DNA of 64,000 nucleotides from a virus, in IMG/VR virus record IMGVR_UViG_3300030104_006883, positions 32,001-96,000 of that record. One strand, 5' to 3'. The notes beneath the pieces were generated by a model. That model worked only from the letters and a program-made list of their open reading frames with translations, was not told where the DNA came from and made no database searches. Of the stretch, positions 1 to 7,769 are shown in pieces. Position numbers and translations under genes: made by a program. Position 1 is the stretch's first letter. Every line of letters starts with the position of its first letter.

Positions 1-283
1 ATTCTTCACCACATCTGTCTGGATGAGTTCTCTTTGCTATTCTTCTATAAACTTCTTTAAGAAAAGTGTGGTGCTCTTGGCTCTTTTCTTCCGTACTCTC
101 GACAGCTTCAGGACTGTCTTCTAACAGACTAGCTTTGTATTGGAGTTCTTTCTGAAAGTCCTCGGTGAATTTCTTACTGAACTCTGTGTCTAACTCTTCG
201 GATTCTTCCAGTTCGAGGGTCAGCGCAGATATTTCTAAGAGTATTCTCTTTTGGAATCGTTCCTTAAAGTTTTTGTTTGACAT
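1..283 (-). CDS. J-domain (DnaJ-like) co-chaperone, partial (runs off the window start); not in the ORF track
   Basis: Manual translation from ATG at 283 (minus) is open to base 1: MSNKNFKERFQKR...FLKEVYRRIAKRTHPDRCGEE, with the J-domain helix II + HPD motif. Confidence 0.8.
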   Translation of the reverse strand, partial: MSNKNFKERFQKRILLEISALTLELEESEELDTEFSKKFTEDFQKELQYKASLLEDSPEAVESTEEKSQEHHTFLKEVYRRIAKRTHPDRCGEE

Positions 284-285
284 AT

Positions 286-293
286 TATAAATA
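286..293 (+). promoter_or_regulatory. TATAAATA, T4-type late promoter consensus upstream of clpP
   Basis: Exact octamer in the 40-nt intergenic gap, 30 nt before ATG 324; AT-rich context lowers specificity. Confidence 0.35.
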
Positions 294-323
294 AATCTGT
301 AAATTTAAAAGTCATGATAAAAT

Positions 324-974
324 ATGATAAAATCCGGGTCGGACAAGGAGTCTGTTTTGAGTGAAGATTTTTGGTTTTCTAAGGCAAACAAGCCTCAAAC
401 TGGAGCCACTGCAAACAAAGGAGCAGGGTTTGGCCCAAACAATAAAATTGAATGGGAAAATAATAATATATATTTTTACTCAGAAGTTACGCGACCTAAC
501 AACCTATACTTGAATAAGTTTATAGTGACGTTATCTAACAGGTATAGCAATAGTTCTAATATCCTTGAAGTTCCTGATATACATATAAACCTCCACATTA
601 ACTCATATGGAGGCAGTGTCTTTGCAGGGTTCTCTAGTGTCGATTATATCAAGAACTGTAAGGTTCCGGTGAATACTATAATCGATGGCTGTGCCGCATC
701 AGCGGCTACTTTAATGAGCGTTGTCGGTGACAAGAGATATATGCATGAACATTCTTTTATGTTGATCCATCAGTTATCTTCAGGAATGTGGGGCAAATAT
801 GAAGATATGAAAGATGACTTACAAAATTGTGATCTTCTAATGAAAACAATTAAAAAAATCTATGAAGAAAATACTAAAATACCTAAAAAGCAGCTTGGTG
901 AAATATTAAAGCACGACCTTTGGTGGGACGCCAAGACATGTCTTAAGTATGGCCTTATAGACGAGATTATATAA
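324..974 (+). CDS. clpP: ClpP-like ATP-dependent protease proteolytic subunit
   Basis: HINSYGGSV, GCAASAAT (catalytic Ser), FMLIHQ (His), DLWWDAKTCLKYGLIDEI C-terminus. Confidence 0.9.
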   Translation: MIKSGSDKESVLSEDFWFSKANKPQTGATANKGAGFGPNNKIEWENNNIYFYSEVTRPNNLYLNKFIVTLSNRYSNSSNILEVPDIHINLHINSYGGSVFAGFSSVDYIKNCKVPVNTIIDGCAASAATLMSVVGDKRYMHEHSFMLIHQLSSGMWGKYEDMKDDLQNCDLLMKTIKKIYEENTKIPKKQLGEILKHDLWWDAKTCLKYGLIDEII

Positions 975-984
975 CCTTACTTGT

Positions 985-1058
985 GCCTCCTTAGCTCAGT
1001 TGGCCAGAGCAGTTGATTTGTAATCAACAGGTCGTCCGTTCGAATCGGACAGGGGGCT
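985..1058 (+). tRNA. tRNA-Thr(UGU), CCA not encoded
   Basis: Acceptor GCCTCCT/AGGGGGC, D arm GCTC/GAGC, anticodon stem GTTGA/TCAAC with loop TTTGTAA, T arm GTCCG-TTCGAAT-CGGAC. Confidence 0.95.
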
Positions 1059-1085
1059 TGACTTATCTTCATTTTTGTGTATAAT
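1058..1085 (+). promoter_or_regulatory. sigma70-type promoter TTGACT-N16-TATAAT
   Basis: Near-consensus -35 (1058-1063) and perfect -10 (1080-1085); predicted +1 near 1092, beside ATG 1093. Confidence 0.7.
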
Positions 1086-1092
1086 AGCTATC

Positions 1093-1296
1093 ATGAAAGA
1101 AACACTTGAAGAATTTAGAGAAAGGGTGTTGTCCTCTAATGAAATCACTGATGGGGATCTTATAAAGTGGTACTGGGAGATGTCTCAGCAGTTTGTTTTA
1201 CTGCAATCTGAAAGAGACACTTTACTGCGAAAAATAACAGTTCTGGAGAGGGGGTGCGCCTGTTATCGACAAAGCCAATTGGAGAAAGAAAATTGA
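1093..1296 (+). CDS. small hypothetical protein
   Basis: ORF track 1075..1296; ATG 1093 preferred because it sits at the promoter +1; stop overlaps next TTG start. Confidence 0.6.
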   Translation: MKETLEEFRERVLSSNEITDGDLIKWYWEMSQQFVLLQSERDTLLRKITVLERGCACYRQSQLEKEN

Positions 1297-1748
1297 AGAT
1301 ACTTTTTTTGCACGGCTTGGAGTCAAAGCCTGGGGGCAGCAAGGTAAGGCACCTTGAAAGTCTAGGACACGAGGTTTTAAATCCATCCTTGCCGAAGGAT
1401 AGCTGGTCTGATAGCGTTAAGATCGCATCGGAGATGATGTTAAGTGAGCCTGACGTGGTGATAGGATCATCGAGAGGTGGAGCATTGGCGATGCAGGTAG
1501 CTCATTTTACTACTAATCTTATTTTGATAGCTCCTGCTTGGGAGAAATATGGAGTTCACCCAACCGTCCCTTATGGTACAAAAGTCTTACATTCTTTTAA
1601 AGATGATGTTGTGCCATACCTTGATAGCTCTAAAATCATGATAAACAATGACGGAGTTAAATTAATAGAAATCGGTGACGATCATAGAATGAGCGACATA
1701 TCGGCCTTATCGGCTTTGTCGGATTGCCTTAAAGAGTTTATAAATTGA
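1293..1748 (+). CDS. alpha/beta hydrolase, YqiA/UPF0227-like esterase
   Basis: ILFLHGLES, nucleophile elbow IGSSRGG, DDVVP and DHRM; TTG start coupled to upstream TGA. Confidence 0.8.
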   Translation: MKILFLHGLESKPGGSKVRHLESLGHEVLNPSLPKDSWSDSVKIASEMMLSEPDVVIGSSRGGALAMQVAHFTTNLILIAPAWEKYGVHPTVPYGTKVLHSFKDDVVPYLDSSKIMINNDGVKLIEIGDDHRMSDISALSALSDCLKEFIN

Positions 1749-2032
1749 TAGAAGATATAAAAAAAGGCGATATGGCTATAATAGAGAATCCTAAAAGAAT
1801 TTGGCCTATTATTTCTTTTAACGGCGAGATCAATAAAGTTGTTTGGGGAAACATATCCGAGAGCCAGAAGAAGCAAACCCCGAACTATTTATTTAAGCCC
1901 ATGGTTTATATTGGAACCGAAAAAGTTTTTGATAACTGGATGAAAATTACATTGCATAAGTTCTTTTCTTCTAATGGGGAATACTTATACTTCCAAACTG
2001 ATGATTTTAAACATCTGGAGAAAATAGAATGA
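1745..2032 (+). CDS. hypothetical protein
   Basis: 95-aa ORF coupled by 4-nt overlaps on both sides. Confidence 0.6.
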   Translation: MIEDIKKGDMAIIENPKRIWPIISFNGEINKVVWGNISESQKKQTPNYLFKPMVYIGTEKVFDNWMKITLHKFFSSNGEYLYFQTDDFKHLEKIE

Positions 2033-2229
2033 AGAATTTATTGCTTATTATATTACTATCTTATGTGCTTCTTGGATGTGAAGAAGTTGAACTTGATAAA
2101 GATACTAATCCTGAGAGACTTGTACCTGTTTGTTGCTTTGACGCTGACTCTGTTTGGCGTATTGGAGACGCATGGCCCGCAACAACGAGCATGGACTATA
2201 TGATAAGAGAGATCGGCCCCGAGGAGTAA
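2029..2229 (+). CDS. small putative lipoprotein
   Basis: MK + hydrophobic run + lipobox LLGC. Confidence 0.55.
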   Translation: MKNLLLIILLSYVLLGCEEVELDKDTNPERLVPVCCFDADSVWRIGDAWPATTSMDYMIREIGPEE

Positions 2230-2230
2230 T

Positions 2231-2527
2231 ATGTCTGACTTTATTTTTACAAAAAAGCCTCATACCACAATGGTAGACGTTTGGTATCAATCAATACTGA
2301 TTGGGGAGCTAGGTTGTAAAATTGAAGATAGACATACTTGCACGTACACGGCATACTGCAATGAAAGACTCTCTTGTATAGGATCATTTGATAGCCTCGA
2401 AGAGGCTGCTCAAGCTATTCTAGATGAGCACAGAAAACTATTCAACCAGAGATTCACAGTGGAGGATCCGTGTCAGGAAAAGCTGAAAACCATGACAAGA
2501 AATGGAACAGTTGGAGATACAACGTAA
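2231..2527 (+). CDS. hypothetical protein
   Basis: 98-aa ORF with GGAG RBS at the end of the upstream gene. Confidence 0.6.
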   Translation: MSDFIFTKKPHTTMVDVWYQSILIGELGCKIEDRHTCTYTAYCNERLSCIGSFDSLEEAAQAILDEHRKLFNQRFTVEDPCQEKLKTMTRNGTVGDTT

Positions 2528-3030
2528 TTGATGAATTTAAAGGCAAAACTAAGGAAGAGATAAAACAATCCTTAGAGACCACTAAGCATCCTTTCGCTGT
2601 ATTAATGGAGCACTGGAAAGGTGACTTTAATATTGGTACGCTGATTAGAAATTCTAATGCTTTTAATGCAAACGAAGTTTTTTACGTTGGTCAAAAAAAA
2701 TATGACAGGCGAGGGACTGTTGGAACTCATCATTATATTAACTTAAGGCATATTAATAACTTCGATGATTTGTGGAAGTTAAAAGAAAAGTATACCTTTG
2801 TATGTCTTGATAATAATATAAGCGGTGTTGTGTCTATGGAAGAGTTTGACTGGCCTGAAAATGCGTTGATGATTTTTGGCGAGGAGGGCGAGGGAGTTAC
2901 TCCCGAGATGCTAGAGCTTGCGGATCACGTTGTATCCATAAAGCAATACGGGTCCGTTAGAAGTATGAATGTAGGAACGACTTCTGGGATTGCTATGTAT
3001 GACTATATTAGGAAGTACAATGAACGTTGA
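2470..3030 (+). CDS. SpoU/TrmH-family (SPOUT) RNA 2'-O-methyltransferase
   Basis: Motif 1 FNIGTLIRNSNAF, motif 2 IFGEEGEGV, motif 3 IKQYGSVRSMNV. Confidence 0.9.
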   Translation: MSGKAENHDKKWNSWRYNVIDEFKGKTKEEIKQSLETTKHPFAVLMEHWKGDFNIGTLIRNSNAFNANEVFYVGQKKYDRRGTVGTHHYINLRHINNFDDLWKLKEKYTFVCLDNNISGVVSMEEFDWPENALMIFGEEGEGVTPEMLELADHVVSIKQYGSVRSMNVGTTSGIAMYDYIRKYNER

Positions 3031-3499
3031 CCAGCAGTGGCGAACAGGATCGGGCGATATAGTAAGCTTTGATGACATTCTTGATATAATAAAGCTTCAT
3101 TCTGATGAAAACGGAATGGTATCTGTTGGTAGCGATAGTTTTATAAGAAAACAAGAGTGCATTTTTTCAACAGCTATATGTCTTTATGGTGCTGACGATC
3201 AGGCTGGTGGGAGATATTTTATAAGAAGAATCACTTTTAAAAAGAAAAGGTTTTCCACTCTCTTACAGAGAATAATGAAAGAGGTCCAAGACTCTGTTGA
3301 AATAGGGATGGCACTTCTTGAACATAATCCAATCATTGATATTGATATACATTTAGATGTTTCGGCATCAGACAGACAACAAGCTACAAGCAGGTTTTCT
3401 GATATGCTAGTTGGGTATGCCAAAGGGGCAGGTTTTGATTGTAAAATAAAGCCCCATGCATTTGCGGCTGCTTCAATTGCGGATAAACATTCTAAATGA
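3020..3499 (+). CDS. RNase H-like YkuK/DUF458 family protein
   Basis: VSVGSDS, EVQDS, IHLDV, PHAFAAASIADKH pattern; ATG 3020 preferred over track start 2990. Confidence 0.75.
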   Translation: MNVDQQWRTGSGDIVSFDDILDIIKLHSDENGMVSVGSDSFIRKQECIFSTAICLYGADDQAGGRYFIRRITFKKKRFSTLLQRIMKEVQDSVEIGMALLEHNPIIDIDIHLDVSASDRQQATSRFSDMLVGYAKGAGFDCKIKPHAFAAASIADKHSK

Positions 3500-3507
3500 C
3501 TATTTAT
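3499..3507 (+). promoter_or_regulatory. putative late promoter ACTATTTAT
   Basis: One of six copies of (A/C)CTA-D-TTA-Y just upstream of gene starts; 16 nt before ATG 3524. Confidence 0.55.
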
Positions 3508-3523
3508 TGCAGAGGCTAATAAA

Positions 3524-4312
3524 ATGTCTAGAGTAAATTTCACTTCTTCTACTAAGAAGATGCAATTAACGTCAGGTAGAACTGCTAATTTAACGTTGCC
3601 ACCAGGCGACAGGTGTTATAATTTTGGTGGCACAGACGAGTATGTAAGAGCAGACGGCGCGGTTAAACCAATCTCTTTTAATGATAAGCCACATAGCATA
3701 TCCGTTTGGTTTAAAACCCCTGCTTTCACAACACCTGCATATCATGCTTTATGGTCGTTTACTAATACTTCTGATAACAACGTTAGATATTGGTGCTCTC
3801 TGCAAGCAAATGGCCAAATAATGATATTTGGCTGGAAAGCAAGCTCTGGTAGACTGTGGGGAAGTGGTTCTGGACTTGCTTTGTCTAGTGCTAATCAAGA
3901 TGACAATGAGTGGCACCATCTACTCGTTACATATAATGGTTCTGATACCCTAAAAGGATATTTTGATGGCGGAGATCCAACGAGTATTAGTGTTGGCGCT
4001 GGTGTTCTTATCCCTGATGTATTTACAATAGGTGCTCGACTTGTTGGCGGATCATCGCTTCAATTCCCTGTGACTGGAAAAATAGCCCAATTGGCGATAT
4101 ATGACTACGAACTTAGTTCTACGAAAGCAGGTATAGTTTACAATAATGGCAAGTGCTTTAATGAGAGAGAATTGTTTCCTGAACACTACTACATTTTTGG
4201 GAATGGACCTGATTTTAAAAACTTTCCGGAACTAACTGATCTTGGTCGCGGATTTGCTGACGGAACAGCTACCAATATGGAAGCAGCCGATATTGTGGCA
4301 GATCATCCGTAA
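3524..4312 (+). CDS. LamG/concanavalin A-like jellyroll protein, probable virion decoration
   Basis: SISVWFKT, WHHLLVTYNG...YFDG, FTIGAR, GKIAQLAIYDYELS. Confidence 0.8.
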   Translation: MSRVNFTSSTKKMQLTSGRTANLTLPPGDRCYNFGGTDEYVRADGAVKPISFNDKPHSISVWFKTPAFTTPAYHALWSFTNTSDNNVRYWCSLQANGQIMIFGWKASSGRLWGSGSGLALSSANQDDNEWHHLLVTYNGSDTLKGYFDGGDPTSISVGAGVLIPDVFTIGARLVGGSSLQFPVTGKIAQLAIYDYELSSTKAGIVYNNGKCFNERELFPEHYYIFGNGPDFKNFPELTDLGRGFADGTATNMEAADIVADHP

Positions 4313-4316
4313 CATC

Positions 4317-5057
4317 TTATTTTGTATTGCTTTTTATAAAGTCTATAAGTTCTTTATGTTTTGGTGCAAAAGACAAGTGGTGAAACCTTCTGTGGACGGA
4401 GTGTATCATTCCTACTAATTTGCCGGAGCTATCAAATAGCGGAGATCCAGAGGAACCTCCGATTGCAGGAACTGTATACATGGCATAGCCCCAAAAATGA
4501 CCTGTGTACCTACCTTCTAGTATTACAACAGTATCTTTTTGAAAAACTCCCTGCGGTGCAGAGAGGTTATATATTTTATCACCTTTTTTAGGAGCCACAT
4601 AACTCATTTTTACTGGAGTCCATACTAAGCTTGGAACTTGTAACATGCACATATCTTTTTCTTCGTCTATTGCTATTATTTTAGCTATGTGCTTGCCTCC
4701 TCTTATGTCGAATACATAAAGTTCAACATCTATTGTTGCTTTCGGATTTGGAGAATATTGTATATTTTTGCTAGAGCAGGAATGTCCTGTTGTTAAAATA
4801 AAAGATCCATTTTTATGAGATCTGACAACTGAGCCGGATGAGGTTGTATTTAAAAAGTGATACTCGCACTGATTACCCGCATCTTTTTCACTCTTGGGTT
4901 CTACACAGGAAGTGGCCCTATAGGTCGTTATAACTTTTACGAAAGATTTTCTTGGCAACACCTTCCCCACACTTATATCCGACATAACATCCGGCCTGAC
5001 ACATGAGGATGTCAAAGCGATTATAAACAAGCAAGAAAGTAGTTTTTTAAGTGTCAT
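4317..5057 (-). CDS. trypsin-like serine protease with signal peptide/possible lipobox
   Basis: LTTGHSC (His), EKDMC (Asp), GGSSGSP (Ser), GKLVGM; N-terminus MTLKKLLSCLFIIALTSSC; ATG 5057 preferred over track start 5105. Confidence 0.85.
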   Translation of the reverse strand: MTLKKLLSCLFIIALTSSCVRPDVMSDISVGKVLPRKSFVKVITTYRATSCVEPKSEKDAGNQCEYHFLNTTSSGSVVRSHKNGSFILTTGHSCSSKNIQYSPNPKATIDVELYVFDIRGGKHIAKIIAIDEEKDMCMLQVPSLVWTPVKMSYVAPKKGDKIYNLSAPQGVFQKDTVVILEGRYTGHFWGYAMYTVPAIGGSSGSPLFDSSGKLVGMIHSVHRRFHHLSFAPKHKELIDFIKSNTK

Positions 5058-5088
5058 AAGGGTTTTTTTTACTGTCCGCTCCTGTATA

Positions 5089-5123
5089 ATAACTAGTGTA
5101 AACATTCAATTACCACTATTTAC
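5089..5123. promoter_or_regulatory. back-to-back divergent late-promoter motifs (CTAGTTAT on minus at 5089-5096, CTATTTAC on plus at 5116-5123)
   Basis: Imperfect dyad ATAACTAGTG...CACTATTTAC (8/10 match) between divergent protease and PhoH genes. Confidence 0.5.
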
Positions 5124-5141
5124 TTATACGCAGGAAGTGAC

Positions 5142-6455
5142 ATGAAAAGAACTTATATTCTTGATACTAATGTTTTTTTAACTAACGCAAATTCTATTTT
5201 TCTCTATAAAAACAATGATATAGTGGTTCCTTTAAAAGTATTAGATGAGATAGATAAGCATAAAAAAAGACAAGACGGTGTTGGAGTTAACGCTAGAAAC
5301 ACCATTAGAATTCTAGACTCTTTAAGGGCTAAAGGCAATTTGCACAAAGGAGTTAGACTAGGAACTGGACTGGGGAAGCTTTTTGTTAAAGATTACGCTT
5401 TACAAGATGTTCCATCTGGTTTTGATATGGCCAGTGCAGATAACCAGATAATATGTACTGCGCTTACAGAAATACATAACTCTTCTAGAAGAAAAGTTAT
5501 TGTCATTTCAAGAGATATAAATATGAGAGTCAAATGCGACTCGCTTGAAATAAAGTCAGAGGACTTTATTACAGAAGACATAATTGAAAACACAGATGAA
5601 TTATATACTGGTGTATTATCTCATCTTGTAGACGACCAGCTTATTGATCGTCTATATGAAGGAGAGGAGATCTTTTTTGATAAAGAAGATGTTATCATAC
5701 AACCAAATCAGTATGTGATGCTTGTTTCAAATGCAAATGAAAAAAAGACATGTCTTGCAAAATTTAAAGATTACAATGATCCAATAAAAAAAGTTCATGG
5801 ATATTCTGACGGTGTTTGGAATGTAAGTCCTAGAAATAAAGAACAAATGTTTGCTCTTGATCTACTCATGGACCCAAATATACCAATTGTGACTATAATA
5901 GGCAGGGCTGGGTCTGGAAAGACGCTTCTTGCGTTAGCAGCGGGCCTGGAACAAGTTTTGGAAGAAAGAAATAAAAACTATAAGAAGTTGGTAGTTTCTA
6001 GGCCTGTACAGCCGGTGGGCAAAGATATTGGATTTTTACCTGGAACGCTGGAGGAAAAGATGAGTCCATGGTTGATGCCGGTCCAAGACAATTTAGAATA
6101 CCTAATGTCAGGCAACAGATCTACTATGGAGTTGATGTTTGAAAACGGTACAATAGAAATCGAGGCTCTTTCGTACATCAGGGGGCGTTCTATTTCTAAT
6201 GCCTATATAATTATAGATGAGGCTCAGAACCTTTCTGTTCATGAGCTTAAGACAATAATTACTCGTGTAGGCGAGAATACAAAGATAATTCTAACTGGGG
6301 ACATCGAACAAATTGATAACGTTTATCTGGACGCCACTTCCAACGGCCTATCGCATGCGATTGAAAAGTTTAAATCACAACCACTTGCTGGACACATCAC
6401 TCTCCAAAAAGGTGAAAGATCCAAGACAGCAACGCTGGCGGCAAAGATTCTTTAA
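5142..6455 (+). CDS. phoH: PIN-PhoH (PhoH2/YlaK-like) protein
   Basis: N-terminal PIN ILDTNVF...ADNQI...SRDINMR; Walker A GRAGSGKT; YIRGRSI, IIDEAQN, TGDIEQID. Confidence 0.92.
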   Translation: MKRTYILDTNVFLTNANSIFLYKNNDIVVPLKVLDEIDKHKKRQDGVGVNARNTIRILDSLRAKGNLHKGVRLGTGLGKLFVKDYALQDVPSGFDMASADNQIICTALTEIHNSSRRKVIVISRDINMRVKCDSLEIKSEDFITEDIIENTDELYTGVLSHLVDDQLIDRLYEGEEIFFDKEDVIIQPNQYVMLVSNANEKKTCLAKFKDYNDPIKKVHGYSDGVWNVSPRNKEQMFALDLLMDPNIPIVTIIGRAGSGKTLLALAAGLEQVLEERNKNYKKLVVSRPVQPVGKDIGFLPGTLEEKMSPWLMPVQDNLEYLMSGNRSTMELMFENGTIEIEALSYIRGRSISNAYIIIDEAQNLSVHELKTIITRVGENTKIILTGDIEQIDNVYLDATSNGLSHAIEKFKSQPLAGHITLQKGERSKTATLAAKIL

Positions 6456-6509
6456 ATTTTTTAATTTATAAAAAACATGTGGTATTTTAAAAAGAACTAG
6501 GAGCGAAAA

Positions 6510-6788
6510 ATGGTACTGGAAAACACTTCTTTGACCGAAACTGTAGAATCTGAGAATGAATTAAAATCATGGCTTGTTAACTATGTTGGGAACAAGACTG
6601 ATCCAACTGATGAAAATGTTACTGTTGAAAATATTATTGATGTTTTGGCAAAAGAGTTTCCTGAGTTCTTGATGGCAGTCGCTGAAGAAAACTGGGTAAG
6701 AGGATACCAACAAGCATTAGATGATGTGGAAGAGGGACAAAGATTAGCCCAGGAAGAGCAAGATGAAACAATACATTCTGGAGAGTAG
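6510..6788 (+). CDS. acidic hypothetical protein
   Basis: 92-aa ORF with AGGAG RBS. Confidence 0.7.
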   Translation: MVLENTSLTETVESENELKSWLVNYVGNKTDPTDENVTVENIIDVLAKEFPEFLMAVAEENWVRGYQQALDDVEEGQRLAQEEQDETIHSGE

Positions 6789-7461
6789 TAAAAAGTCCAA
6801 GAGGAGACAGCAGCATTTTGTAATTTTTGGCGATGTTGATGTTTTTGTAAAAGATCCTCTTCCGGAAGATGTTGAGTTAGATCAAGTTCTGCGAGATCTA
6901 GAAAGGATTATCCCTAAAAATTTTACTAGGAATCTAGACATTATATACGTTGGAGACTTTGATCATCTTAGAGATAGAGATGTGAACGCCATGTACGACT
7001 CTGGGGCGATATATATAACCAATGAACAAGATGATAACGTAGACATTTTAGATGATCTTATCCACGAAATAGCTCATGCTGTAGAGGAAAATTATAACCA
7101 AGAGATATATGGAGATGATAAAATTCGGGGAGAATTTTTAGCAAAAAGAAATACTTTGCGTCGAATATTAGGTGCTCATGGTTATGATGTGCGATCACAT
7201 AATCTCTTAGATGTAGAATACTCAAGAGATTTAGATGAATTTTTTTATGAAGATGTGGGTTATGCTAAATTAAGTAATTTTGTTCTAGGTCTTTTTATAT
7301 CACCATATCCCGTCACCTCTCTAAGAGAATATTTCGCTAGTGGCTTTGAAGAGTACTATTTAGGTGATAGAAGGGCATTGGCTGAAATAAGTCCCAAATT
7401 ATATAATAAATTAAACGAGTTAAACAAAACGGAGGAAGAAAATGAAGCAAGAAAGTTCTAA
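6763..7461 (+). CDS. HEXXH zinc metallopeptidase-like protein
   Basis: LIHEIAHAVEE plus downstream EYFASGFE third-ligand-like motif. Confidence 0.65.
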   Translation: MKQYILESSKKSKRRQQHFVIFGDVDVFVKDPLPEDVELDQVLRDLERIIPKNFTRNLDIIYVGDFDHLRDRDVNAMYDSGAIYITNEQDDNVDILDDLIHEIAHAVEENYNQEIYGDDKIRGEFLAKRNTLRRILGAHGYDVRSHNLLDVEYSRDLDEFFYEDVGYAKLSNFVLGLFISPYPVTSLREYFASGFEEYYLGDRRALAEISPKLYNKLNELNKTEEENEARKF

Positions 7462-7759
7462 GTATTTAGATGATAATGCTAAAGTAAAAAAAGCTGGGGG
7501 GACAATTAAGGTTAGAGTGACCGCCCCTTTATATAAAAACAAACACACCGATCAGTTAGTTTGGATCTCAACAGAGGATGTTGTTAGCTGGCTTGCTACG
7601 AATGGACATAAGATCAAGACAGTTGAAGAGAGCGGACACGTTAGGAACAGATACTCTGATCAAGATGTGACCTGGGTGTTTTCTGTTAAAAATAAAACCT
7701 TGAAAAAGAACTCTAGTAGTGTTAAAGTTAAGCCTTTGAGCGATACTAAAGATTCTTAA
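7442..7759 (+). CDS. hypothetical protein
   Basis: 105-aa ORF overlapping upstream gene, GGAGG RBS. Confidence 0.65.
   Translation: MKQESSKYLDDNAKVKKAGGTIKVRVTAPLYKNKHTDQLVWISTEDVVSWLATNGHKIKTVEESGHVRNRYSDQDVTWVFSVKNKTLKKNSSSVKVKPLSDTKDS
7700..7728 (+). promoter_or_regulatory. sigma70-type promoter TTGAAA-N17-TAAAGT with extended -10 TG, inside the 3' end of ORF 7442..7759
   Basis: -35 at 7700-7705, TG at 7720-7721, -10 at 7723-7728; upstream of the nuclease and glycan operon. Confidence 0.45.
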
Positions 7760-7769
7760 AAGAGGTTGC

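Noticed and set aside
985-1058. tRNA as attP or prophage boundary
   Set aside because: No integrase, no duplicated tRNA 3' fragment and no host-like genes in the window
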